The notes under the pieces were generated by a model. It saw nothing but the letters and a program-made list of their open reading frames with translations. It was not told the origin of the DNA and made no database searches. A DNA stretch of 46,078 bases from an uncultured Lachnospiraceae bacterium (lineage in GTDB: Bacteria > Bacillota > Clostridia > Lachnospirales > Lachnospiraceae), in assembly GCA_944380055.1 (NCBI GenBank), contig CALWGN010000323.1:1-46078 (forward strand), given 5' to 3'. Shown here in pieces: positions 22,593 through 32,186 of this stretch (positions are counted from its first letter, which is position 1; each line of letters begins with the position of its first letter). The translations under genes were made by a program, and so were the position numbers.

Positions 22593-23711
22593 ATGAGTAA
22601 CGGTGATAAATCTATTTATGAAGAACAAAATGTAGATATAAAAATTATTACGGATATGTATTCTCATGGAGCTCAAATTGTATTAGATGCGTCAAAAAAA
22701 AATTACAGTAAGAAAGTTGAGTTTCGTCTACCTGAATTAAAGGCTGAGATGAGATATTGGTGGAGAGTGTGGAGTTCTCCTAAAAACATTGGTGATTTAA
22801 GGAAAGAAGAGGATACGTTATTTGGTAGCACAGAGAATAGTTCTCCTATTCTTTTAAAGATGACAGAAAGTATAGAAAACTGTAATAGAGAATTGGACGA
22901 GAATTTTAACATACCTATTACACAGCAAAGAAAAGAAATTTCAGAAAGAGAAAGAAAAATTTCAATTAACACCAAGAATCTCTCCTGTTTATTATTTGTC
23001 AAAAAGAATAGTGAGAACGACATCAATTATTATATACAACTTATGCATCTAGCCTCTATATTAGGAGGATTAGGAAAAGGAAAGAAAAAGGGAAATGGGA
23101 GTTTCTATATTGGATTTAAAAACAATGTAATCGAAGTAGCTTCTAAGGAAGAGTTATCAGAAAAAATAAAAGAAATTGTTAATGAAATTTTTGGGAGAAA
23201 TGTTAGTATTAATCAAGAAAAAAATAGTCCATATATTTCAGTAAAACCAGAATTAGAGAAACCAGATTTAGTAAAATTAAATATAAGCAAATTGGATTGG
23301 AAAAATAAGTCAATGATATTCCATCCATGTATTGAAGAAATTTTGATTGGAGACCCAATATCCATTGAATGCTTTGAGAAACAACGGGTAACAGCTTTGA
23401 AAGCTAGGGCGGCTTGTATTAATAAAAATACATATTTATGCAAAAACTATGCACCTTATGTTTGTATTACTTGTTATCCAAGTTGTAGTAATGGAACGGT
23501 TGATGGAAACAATGTATTTCCAATTATAATATTTTTGAAAGATGTACAACTAGTAAAAACAACGAACTATGAAACCAAAAATAAAAATCAAAAGAATTCA
23601 TATGGATATGGTAATGAAACAATAATTAGTTGGCAAGATAAAAAAAATCAAGATAAAAAATATAACGAATACAAAAATGAATGTAAGAAAGAACTTTTTT
23701 CAATAAAATAG
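22593..23711 (+). CDS. cmr1: Type III-B RAMP Cmr1 (divergent)
   Basis: EFRLPELKAEMRYWWR, EDTLFGST and G-loop LGGLGKGKKKGNGSF. Confidence 0.82.
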   Translation: MSNGDKSIYEEQNVDIKIITDMYSHGAQIVLDASKKNYSKKVEFRLPELKAEMRYWWRVWSSPKNIGDLRKEEDTLFGSTENSSPILLKMTESIENCNRELDENFNIPITQQRKEISERERKISINTKNLSCLLFVKKNSENDINYYIQLMHLASILGGLGKGKKKGNGSFYIGFKNNVIEVASKEELSEKIKEIVNEIFGRNVSINQEKNSPYISVKPELEKPDLVKLNISKLDWKNKSMIFHPCIEEILIGDPISIECFEKQRVTALKARAACINKNTYLCKNYAPYVCITCYPSCSNGTVDGNNVFPIIIFLKDVQLVKTTNYETKNKNQKNSYGYGNETIISWQDKKNQDKKYNEYKNECKKELFSIK

Positions 23712-23772
23712 GATATTTAATTAATGTAAAAGTGGTAATAAAATTTCTATGAAAGGAGAAGATAATTCAATT

Positions 23773-25272
23773 ATGGGAGATGCAGCAAACCAAAAACTAA
23801 AAGACAATAAATTACTACTGATTTCTTTAGGTAATATACAAAATTATATTTCCAATGCAAGAAAGACAATAGATTTATATAACGGAAGTGCAATTGTAAA
23901 ACGATTAGTTTTAAAAATACAAGATATTTTATATAAGCAAAATGATGATGGATGTTTTTATATAGAAGAAGCTCAAAGAATAGATAGCAATAGTGTGCCT
24001 AATTTTCTGTTATATAAAATAACTTGGAATGACAATGAAAAAGATAATAATAAATTAATTGAGGACAAGATATATCAAATTTTAAGAAGGGAATTAGAAG
24101 AGGGAGACAAAAAAGAAATTCCATTAGATATTGATGTATTTATTGTAGTAGAAGATTTAAACTCCTCTTATGATGAGGCATATAAGCAGGTTCAAGAAAA
24201 GTTTCAAGCATATAAAAATAATAGGTTTCAAGTAAAAAAACTAAAGGAAATGCAATGTGATACAGTAAAACCAGATCATATTTGCAGTTTATGTGGAATA
24301 CGATATGGAACGGAAGAAAAAAAAGAAGATAAAAGAACAGATGATACGAAAGAATATTTGTGTAACGAATGTAGAAATAAAAGAGGATATTCATATGGTC
24401 AAAACTTTAAATCAGTAGAGGATATTGCAAAAATAGGGAATCCATCGGGTACATACTATGCGATTATTCGAGCAGATTTTGACGATATGGGAAAATGGAT
24501 GTCAGGACAAAAGATGCCTGACAATTATGGAAATAACTTATATGAATGGCAAAATCAGTTAAAGCAACTTTTAAAAGAATTCTTTGATAAAATAGTCAAT
24601 ATTATTCAAAAATGTGATAACGGAAATTCTCTATTAATTTATGCTGGTGGAGATGATTTGTTATGTTTTTGTCCATTAAGTATTATAATCAGTGCGTTAA
24701 AAAAAATAGAAGAAGTCTTAGATGACGTATGGAAGAAGACATGGGGGATAGAAACAGTATTTAATAAAAAATTAACTATGACAAAATGTGTTACTATTGC
24801 ACATATAAAAACACCTTTAAAACGGGTAGTACAGCTTTCGTCCAGTTATTTGGAAAAAACAAAGCAACATGATAAAAATGAAAAAGGATATGTAGGGTTT
24901 GCATATATTAATAGTGGATTTGAGCAAAGTTTTAGTGTAATAAAAGTAGAAAAACTAGAATTTATAAAACAAATATTAGATGGTATTGGAATAGATTTTT
25001 CAAGAAGTATTATCTATGAATTAGAAAGACAACTGTTACCATTAGGATTAAAAATATCATCAACAGAAGAGACGTTAAGTCAAATCCTAAGAAATGACAT
25101 ACAAAGAGTTGTATCTAGAAAATGTAAAAACCGAGAAGAACATTATATTAATGCTTTTTTAATGCTATACTTTCAGTTTATATATAATAAAATTAATTTA
25201 GAACAATATTTTAATATGCTTCATATATTGGATAAATGGGCAGTAGAATTGCCAAATAAGGGAGGAGAGTAA
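23773..25272 (+). CDS. cas10: Cas10/Cmr2, compact (about 500 aa), no HD domain, GGDD intact
   Basis: N-terminal LGNIQNYISNARKTIDLYNGS, Zn motif CSLCG...CNEC, YYAIIRADFDDMGK and LIYAGGDD. ATG 23773 follows GAAAGGAG; the ORF track starts at 23749. Confidence 0.93.
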   Translation: MGDAANQKLKDNKLLLISLGNIQNYISNARKTIDLYNGSAIVKRLVLKIQDILYKQNDDGCFYIEEAQRIDSNSVPNFLLYKITWNDNEKDNNKLIEDKIYQILRRELEEGDKKEIPLDIDVFIVVEDLNSSYDEAYKQVQEKFQAYKNNRFQVKKLKEMQCDTVKPDHICSLCGIRYGTEEKKEDKRTDDTKEYLCNECRNKRGYSYGQNFKSVEDIAKIGNPSGTYYAIIRADFDDMGKWMSGQKMPDNYGNNLYEWQNQLKQLLKEFFDKIVNIIQKCDNGNSLLIYAGGDDLLCFCPLSIIISALKKIEEVLDDVWKKTWGIETVFNKKLTMTKCVTIAHIKTPLKRVVQLSSSYLEKTKQHDKNEKGYVGFAYINSGFEQSFSVIKVEKLEFIKQILDGIGIDFSRSIIYELERQLLPLGLKISSTEETLSQILRNDIQRVVSRKCKNREEHYINAFLMLYFQFIYNKINLEQYFNMLHILDKWAVELPNKGGE

Positions 25273-25273
25273 G

Positions 25274-26395
25274 ATGGAAAGGCATTTGATAAAAATAACA
25301 CCAACCAGTGAATTACTTTTTAGAGATGGAACAAGTATGGATATGAGAACAAGCAACTGGATTATAAGTAAGACAATTCCTAATTTATCTGTATTATATG
25401 GTGCTCTTATCAGTATGCAACTACGAAATGGTAATTGGGAAAAAGTAAAAGAGTTAATTGAATCAAATAAAAAGGGAGAAGAAGAGAAACAGAATGAAAT
25501 AGATGAAAAATTAAGAGAGTACATATGTATAAAAGGTATTTATTTAACAGATGGTAAAAAGCTTTATATGCCTGCTCCGCTAGATTTATTTTATAGTGGG
25601 GAGAAGATAGAACAAGGGGAATTTGTGCAAGTAGAAGGAGAAACAGTTCTACATTTACCTAAAAAAATGTTTGATGATGATAAAGAATGGGAAAAGGTAA
25701 GCAATAAATATATATCCATTGAAGATTATAAAAGATATTATGTAAATGGAAAAGTAAGAAATATTAAGCTAGTTAAAGAAGAAGATTTTTTTTCCTTTTA
25801 TCATAAAGTTGGACTAGAAATTGGAACGAATAGAACGGTAGAAAAAGGAAAATTATATTTTGCTGATATGGTTACATTTAAAAATAAAGAGATGGGCTAT
25901 GTAGTAGAAGTTGAATGTAAAAATAATAATATATTTGATACTAAGCAATTAATTTTATTAGGTGGAGAAAGAAAAACAGCAATTGTAGAAAAATATTTAA
26001 AAGAAAAATCATTACCTAAAGTCAAAGAAAAAATAGGAAAAGAAACAAAAATAAAATTAGTTTTAACAGCACCATTTCAATTATCCGACCAAGAGATATT
26101 TGATAGTGGAAGAGTGGAAATTATATCGTCAGTAATTGGAACAACAGAGTACATAGGAGGATATTCTTTAGCTATTGATAAGCAGAAAAAGATGAGAGAA
26201 ACAATTCCAGCAGGTAGTGTCTTTATTCTAAAAATCAATAAAAAATATAATAAGCTAGAAGAATATTTGGAAAATGAATATTTTATGGAAGGTAATTTAG
26301 AAAAGTATTTGGAAGAGAGCTTTCGTATAGAAAAAACAGATAAAATATTTAGAAGTTTTGAAATAGCAATAATGCCAGAGGAGAAAAATAATTAA
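25274..26395 (+). CDS. cmr3: Type III-B Cmr3 (Cas5)
   Basis: LLFRDG, PNLSVLYGAL, PAPLDL, KVGLEI, GKLY, LGGERK and IPAGSVF. Directly follows cas10. Confidence 0.9.
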   Translation: MERHLIKITPTSELLFRDGTSMDMRTSNWIISKTIPNLSVLYGALISMQLRNGNWEKVKELIESNKKGEEEKQNEIDEKLREYICIKGIYLTDGKKLYMPAPLDLFYSGEKIEQGEFVQVEGETVLHLPKKMFDDDKEWEKVSNKYISIEDYKRYYVNGKVRNIKLVKEEDFFSFYHKVGLEIGTNRTVEKGKLYFADMVTFKNKEMGYVVEVECKNNNIFDTKQLILLGGERKTAIVEKYLKEKSLPKVKEKIGKETKIKLVLTAPFQLSDQEIFDSGRVEIISSVIGTTEYIGGYSLAIDKQKKMRETIPAGSVFILKINKKYNKLEEYLENEYFMEGNLEKYLEESFRIEKTDKIFRSFEIAIMPEEKNN

Positions 26396-26423
26396 TAAAA
26401 TGTATGAAGGGAGTTACACCAAG

Positions 26424-27872
26424 ATGGGTAAAATGACAATGAAAGAAATGGAGCAAATATACAAAGGTTGTGATACATTTGTCATGTGTTCTACATTGAA
26501 TCAAATAGTAAATTATATTCCTATTATGAATATGTTAGAATGTAAGGCGCAGTCAGATAATAATTCAAGAAAGGTTAAATTGGTAAATTTAACTTATGAA
26601 GGTGAGTTAAGAGGCAGTTTGGAATCTAAATCAGGAGATGCTTCAGAGGAAACAGGAATTCGATTTGATAATAAAGGTTGGGATGAGAATTTAAGAAATG
26701 TACTAAGAGAGGAATTTGTAAGGCGAAGCGAAGAGAATGAAGACCTTTCAGAATTTATTGAACAAAATGATGAAGGGGATGAAGGGCATGAATTTATATT
26801 TGATGTAGAATTAGCTAGAGAATATTATCAAGATGATTATGAAGAAAAAATATGTCACTGTATAAAAAATAGAGAGAGTGTAGTGTGGAATATTACGGGT
26901 GGACAACGAAATATATTATTAACTGTACTGGATTTAATAAGAGAAGATATAGGAAAAGAAAAATTAGGAAAAAACCATACTATTTTGTATATGGAAGGAA
27001 ACACTAATCGCTGGATTGTAGGAACAATAACAAGTAATAGTTCTAAAATTGAAAAAAGAGAGTTGGAAGAACTTTATCAAGTAAAAGATTTAAGTATACA
27101 AAAAGTATTAGGTTTGGCAGGATTTAATGTGTCAGGAGAATATAATCCAATATCAATAGAACAATTAATTAATGATATAGAAAAAAATCAAAAGGTTCGA
27201 AGAGATGCTTATGAAAAATTTTGGGAAATTTATAAGAAGGATTTGACTTTAAGGGAGAATTGTTTAAGAGTACAGTCTAAACAAGAACAAGATAAAGATT
27301 ATAATTGGGATGATCTAGTTAGTTATTTAAAAAATAAGAAGCAATTTGAAAACAAAGAACTAGAGGTATTTCAAAAGGCTAAAGGAAAAGAAAATTCTAA
27401 ATTTGGGTACGTATTAGAAGAACTTTTATTTTTTAGAATTTTAGAAGCCATTAAAAAGTTAAGGAAATCAGATGAATGGAAGGATTATTTTATAGAATTA
27501 CGACATGATATAGGTCCTAAAGATGAGGGTACATATTGTCAATTTGATGTAGTATTATTGGCTAGAACAGGACAACCTATTATATTTGAGTGTAAGTCAA
27601 GTGCAATAAGTTCCGACACAGCTAAAGCTAGAATGTACACTTCTTATGCTGTATCAGGAGTATATGGAACGCCAATTTTAGTTCCACCATTTCTTAACGA
27701 AGATTATGACGAAATAAAAAAAGCTCTTATACAAGAGAAAACTATTTGGAGTAAAATGAAAAGTTTATATAATGCAGCAAAAATATCAGGCATAAGATTA
27801 TGGCATTTAGATGAAATAGAAAAAAACATAAAAACGTTATATAACGAAATACTAAGAAATAGTGAGGATTAA
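26424..27872 (+). CDS. Card1/Can2-like (DUF1887) CARF plus PD-(D/E)xK nuclease effector
   Basis: STLNQIVNYIPI and WNITGGQR (CARF NxTGGxK-type motif). C-terminal GYVLEE, QFDVVLL and IIFECKS nuclease motifs. Embedded in the cmr operon. ATG 26424 follows GAAGGGAG. Confidence 0.78.
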   Translation: MGKMTMKEMEQIYKGCDTFVMCSTLNQIVNYIPIMNMLECKAQSDNNSRKVKLVNLTYEGELRGSLESKSGDASEETGIRFDNKGWDENLRNVLREEFVRRSEENEDLSEFIEQNDEGDEGHEFIFDVELAREYYQDDYEEKICHCIKNRESVVWNITGGQRNILLTVLDLIREDIGKEKLGKNHTILYMEGNTNRWIVGTITSNSSKIEKRELEELYQVKDLSIQKVLGLAGFNVSGEYNPISIEQLINDIEKNQKVRRDAYEKFWEIYKKDLTLRENCLRVQSKQEQDKDYNWDDLVSYLKNKKQFENKELEVFQKAKGKENSKFGYVLEELLFFRILEAIKKLRKSDEWKDYFIELRHDIGPKDEGTYCQFDVVLLARTGQPIIFECKSSAISSDTAKARMYTSYAVSGVYGTPILVPPFLNEDYDEIKKALIQEKTIWSKMKSLYNAAKISGIRLWHLDEIEKNIKTLYNEILRNSED

Positions 27873-27902
27873 TTTATATAAATTATAAAAGAGGAGAAGA
27901 AA

Positions 27903-28772
27903 ATGGAAGGAAGTAGTTTTAGTTCTAGTTTGTATATTGTAAAAGCAATATCCCCCGTACACTCTGGTGGTGCAGGTGGAAATTATATTGCTGATTTTGC
28001 AATACAGAGAGAAGTGTCAAATCATATCCCTAAAATAGATGCAAGTAGCTGGAAAGGAAGTATAAGACAAGCAATAAAAAACAAGGATAATAATAAGTGG
28101 CAAGAGTATGCAAAAGATATTGTTTGTTCTGATTTAAAGCTATTATTCTTTCCAGTCAAAACAGCTTTAAACTCCTTTGTATTTGTTACATCAAAGAAAA
28201 TTTTAGGTAATCTTAAGGAATGGTCCTTGTTGCATCAAATTAATGATGAAAGAGGTATTATTACAAGTATTAGTAGTCTTGCTAGTGTTATAGTTGGAGA
28301 AGGAAGAGTTCTAGCCACTTCTACAACTCCATGGATTCACATTGGCTCATGTCCATATAAGGTACAAACACTTGCAAATAAAAATAGGAAAGACACATTG
28401 GTTAAAGAAAGAATAGAAATATTAGCCAATCTTATTGATGTACCAAAAGAAAAAATTGTAATTATGAACCATAAGGATTTTTGTGATGTAGTTACCTATG
28501 AAACAGAATATGTAACGAGAATACGAATTGGGGAAGAAAAAACAACAGAGGACAAGCATTTATTTGTAGAAGAATATTTGCCAGAAGAATCAATTTTGTA
28601 TGGTACCATTACTTATTTTGAAAATATTCTAAAATCAGATGGTAAAGAACAAGCAAAAGCATTTATAGAAGAAAATATGCCAAAACAATTACAAATTGGA
28701 AAAAATAGTACACTAGGAAAAGGTCAAATACAATTAGAAAAGGCTGAATACAGTTTAAAAGGTGGTGAATAA
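27903..28772 (+). CDS. cmr4: Type III-B RAMP Cmr4 (Cas7), copy b, shorter and divergent
   Basis: SPVHSG, ADFAIQRE, ASSWKGSIR, DLKLLFFPV, TRIRI, LFVEEYLPEES and LQIGKNSTLGKG. Confidence 0.9.
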   Translation: MEGSSFSSSLYIVKAISPVHSGGAGGNYIADFAIQREVSNHIPKIDASSWKGSIRQAIKNKDNNKWQEYAKDIVCSDLKLLFFPVKTALNSFVFVTSKKILGNLKEWSLLHQINDERGIITSISSLASVIVGEGRVLATSTTPWIHIGSCPYKVQTLANKNRKDTLVKERIEILANLIDVPKEKIVIMNHKDFCDVVTYETEYVTRIRIGEEKTTEDKHLFVEEYLPEESILYGTITYFENILKSDGKEQAKAFIEENMPKQLQIGKNSTLGKGQIQLEKAEYSLKGGE

Positions 28773-28774
28773 CA

Positions 28775-29296
28775 ATGGAAAGTAATCTTATTGATTGGAA
28801 TAGAAAGAGAGCAATTGATACATTTAAGGCAATTAAAAAAATAAGGGGAGATATAGAAAAAAAAGCAGAACAAATACAAATAAAAAAAGAAAAGCAACTG
28901 AAACAACAAAAAGGTGAGGAATACCAGATAAGTGAAACTATAAAAAAAGAAATAGAAGATGAAAAAAAGAAGTACATAGAGGAACAAAATGCACAGCTAT
29001 TAGCCATTTGTAGAAAGCTTTCAATGGAAATTAGGGATAATGGTTTAGTGACAGTTCTTGCATTTTATATGAAAAAGACAGAAGAGGGGGAAAGCCAATC
29101 TGTTGGTAATGGTATAGGGCAGGCAGTAGAAGCATGGGTAAAGGGTGATTTTTTAAACACAAACAATATGGAGAATTTGTTAAATTATATGGCGACTTGT
29201 AACTTGCAGGAATATAAGTTTTTAACAAAAGAAGCGATGGAATATGCCATTTGGCTAAAAAGAAATGCAGAGGGAATGATAAAATCTGTGTCATAG
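28775..29296 (+). CDS. cmr5: Type III-B small subunit Cmr5 (Cas11) with a charged insertion
   Basis: RKLSMEIRDNGLVTVLAF and YKFLTKEAMEYAIWLKRNAEG. Confidence 0.88.
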   Translation: MESNLIDWNRKRAIDTFKAIKKIRGDIEKKAEQIQIKKEKQLKQQKGEEYQISETIKKEIEDEKKKYIEEQNAQLLAICRKLSMEIRDNGLVTVLAFYMKKTEEGESQSVGNGIGQAVEAWVKGDFLNTNNMENLLNYMATCNLQEYKFLTKEAMEYAIWLKRNAEGMIKSVS

Positions 29297-29345
29297 TATA
29301 GTGGGTATATCAATTAGAACACACATAGGAAAAGGTAATAGTAAT

Positions 29346-32087
29346 ATGGATATGAAGGAATGTATGGTCCTAGTTGAAGGAATAGATAAGACAGAGGAAA
29401 TTGAGAAAGTAGTAGATGTAGATAATAGAATAACAAATGTTTTTTATAAAAGCAGAAAAGAACCATATAGATATAGTAGTAATAAAGTTGAGGTATTAAA
29501 TGAGCCTGTATTCGTAGATATTAATGGCAAAATTGTTTATAAAGATGATTCATTTATTCCCATACTTGATCCTCAATACGTTCTTGATTTTGGAAAAAAA
29601 GTAAGAATTTGCGACTATAAAGGAAAGTATTGCACGGTGGATAAAGCTTCTTTTTCCATTGTAGATGGGATACAAAGTAATGGAGGAATACAAGATATAC
29701 TAACGTATTTAAAAGAAGTTACAAAGTATCGTTCAAAAGAAAAGGATGGAAATTCATTTTTAAGAGATGAGATGGAACAGTTATCTTGTATTCATCCAGA
29801 AAGTGTTTTAGCCCAATATTTGTGTAAACAGCCACCAAAGAAAAGACAAGTAAATATAAATGAAGTAATATTTCCATTTCGTTTTAATTTAAGTCAAAAA
29901 TTAGCATTAGAAAATGCACTTACTAACTCTATTTCTGTGATTCAAGGGCCTCCAGGAACTGGAAAGACTCAAACTATTTTAAATATTATTGCGAACCTTG
30001 TTTCCATGCAGAAGAAAAGTGTTGCTGTTGTATCTAACAATAATGAAGCAGTAAAAAATGTAAAGGAAAAGCTAGAAAGACAAGGATATGGATTTTTAAC
30101 AGCATTGCTTGGAAAGGCTGATAATCAACAAGCATTTTTTGAACAAATGCCTCTAGCTAATGTAGAAGAATGGAATTGTAAGGAATCCAAAGAACAGTTG
30201 TTTCAAATGATACAAATATCTAATGCTAAATTAAATGATTTATTAGAGAAAGATAGAAAACGAGTACAATTAAAGCAACAGTTGAGAGAATGGAAGATAG
30301 AGCAAGAACACTTTAAACAGTATTTTGAAAAGCAGAAGGTAGAAGAAATTACAAAATTACCATTATTTTTAAATACTCCAGAGGACATTAGCTCTTTATT
30401 AGCTGAAATTACAATGGCAAAAAAGTATAAAAAGGCTAATACTTTATTATTTAAGTTGAAAATGCTTCTAAAATATGGAATGTACCGATTTAAGCAGTTA
30501 GATGACATTACATTTACATTATCATTAGAAAAACGATTATACAAGGCACAAGTAGAGTTGTTAGAACAATCAATTTCTTCTAAAGAAAAGGAGTTAGAAG
30601 AAGGTAATTTTGAGGATATGATACAAAATCATCAAAAGCAATCAGAATTATTATTTCGTAAATGTTTATATGAAAGCCATAATAATATACAAGAACCTAA
30701 TTTTACAATTAGAGACTTTAAAAAAAGGTTTAATGAGTTTACAAAAGCATATCCTATTATTTTAAGTACGACTCATGCAATACGTCGTTCTATCCCTAAA
30801 GGCTATTTATTAGATTACCTAATTATTGACGAATCTTCTCAAGTAGATTTAGTCACAGGTGTATTAGCTCTTTCTTGTTGTAGAAATGTTATTATAGTTG
30901 GTGATACAAAACAGTTACCACAAATTGTAAATAAAACATTAGAGGAAACCATACCAATAAAATCACCTAGTGATGAGTATAATTATTTTAATCATAGCTT
31001 ATTGTCTTCGATTCTTGAAGTATATAGGGAAAAAATTCCTTGTACAACACTGCGAGAACATTATAGATGTCACCCTCAAATTATTCAATTTTGTAATCAG
31101 AAGTATTACAATGGGCAGTTAATTGCCTATACAAATGAAAATATATGCTCTGATCCGTTAATCCTCTATAAAACGGCAGAGGGAAATCATATGAGACGAA
31201 TAACAAAGGGAAGTGGTAAAGGCGTTTATAATCAAAGAGAACTAGATGTTATTGTCAATGATGTTCTGAAAAACCCTAAAATAAGTGAAATAAAAAATAA
31301 TGTTGGGATGGTTACTCCATATAGAAAACAAGCAAATAAGGCTAAGGAATTATTTAGTGATGATATAGAATGTGATACGGTACATAAATATCAAGGTAGA
31401 GAAAAAGATATTATGATTATGTCAACAGTGCTAGATAATACACGGGATGGAAATAGAGGCATAGACTTTGTAGATGATCCTAATATGATAAATGTAGCTG
31501 TATCAAGAGCTATCAAGCAGTTTGTCTTAGTAACGGATAAGGAATTATTTTTTCATAAAGGAGAACATATTGTTGATTTAATTCGTTATATTCAGTATAA
31601 CACAATTAGTGAAAATATTATTCAAAGTCAAATTGTATCTATATTTGATTTGTTATATCGCCAGTATTCTAGTAAATTGATTGCATTGAAAGAGAAAATG
31701 GATTCACAAGAAGAATTTCAGTCAGAAGAAGCTTTTCGAGTATTGCTAGAGGAAATATTAGCACAATCGGAATATAGCTGTTATGAGTATGTACGAGAAT
31801 TAAAAATTTGTAATATATTATGTTCCACAGAAAAACTAACAAAAGAAGAAGAACGATTGTATTACTATGGTTCCTTGGATTTTGTTATTTTTAGAAAGCA
31901 AGACAAAACCTGCGTGTTAGTAATAGAAGTAGATGGATTTGCATTCCATGAAAATAATCCAGAACAATTGGAAAATGATAGGCTAAAGGATAGTATATTA
32001 GCAAAATACAACATACCTATCATACGTCTAGCATCCAATGGTAGTATGGAAAGAGAAAAAGTAGAAAGTATGTTACAAGCTCAATAG
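29346..32087 (+). CDS. UPF1/DNA2-like SF1 helicase with C-terminal DUF2726-type nuclease domain
   Basis: NLSQ, GPPGTGKT, IIDESSQ, VGDTKQL, HYRCHP, TPYRKQ, TVHKYQGREKD and NVAVSRA. C-terminal LDFVIF...IEVDGFAFH. Start is ATG 29346 or GTG 29301. Confidence 0.9.
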   Translation: MDMKECMVLVEGIDKTEEIEKVVDVDNRITNVFYKSRKEPYRYSSNKVEVLNEPVFVDINGKIVYKDDSFIPILDPQYVLDFGKKVRICDYKGKYCTVDKASFSIVDGIQSNGGIQDILTYLKEVTKYRSKEKDGNSFLRDEMEQLSCIHPESVLAQYLCKQPPKKRQVNINEVIFPFRFNLSQKLALENALTNSISVIQGPPGTGKTQTILNIIANLVSMQKKSVAVVSNNNEAVKNVKEKLERQGYGFLTALLGKADNQQAFFEQMPLANVEEWNCKESKEQLFQMIQISNAKLNDLLEKDRKRVQLKQQLREWKIEQEHFKQYFEKQKVEEITKLPLFLNTPEDISSLLAEITMAKKYKKANTLLFKLKMLLKYGMYRFKQLDDITFTLSLEKRLYKAQVELLEQSISSKEKELEEGNFEDMIQNHQKQSELLFRKCLYESHNNIQEPNFTIRDFKKRFNEFTKAYPIILSTTHAIRRSIPKGYLLDYLIIDESSQVDLVTGVLALSCCRNVIIVGDTKQLPQIVNKTLEETIPIKSPSDEYNYFNHSLLSSILEVYREKIPCTTLREHYRCHPQIIQFCNQKYYNGQLIAYTNENICSDPLILYKTAEGNHMRRITKGSGKGVYNQRELDVIVNDVLKNPKISEIKNNVGMVTPYRKQANKAKELFSDDIECDTVHKYQGREKDIMIMSTVLDNTRDGNRGIDFVDDPNMINVAVSRAIKQFVLVTDKELFFHKGEHIVDLIRYIQYNTISENIIQSQIVSIFDLLYRQYSSKLIALKEKMDSQEEFQSEEAFRVLLEEILAQSEYSCYEYVRELKICNILCSTEKLTKEEERLYYYGSLDFVIFRKQDKTCVLVIEVDGFAFHENNPEQLENDRLKDSILAKYNIPIIRLASNGSMEREKVESMLQAQ

Positions 32088-32154
32088 AACATCATTTCGT
32101 AATATAGAAAGGGTGTTTTCATAACAAATATAAAATAAATATTAAACGTCTGTT

Positions 32155-32186
32155 AATGCCACTATCTAATTGTTTAGTGGCATTTT
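32155..32186 (+). terminator. Intrinsic terminator closing the cmr-helicase unit
   Basis: AATGCCACTA...TAGTGGCATTTT. Confidence 0.75.
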
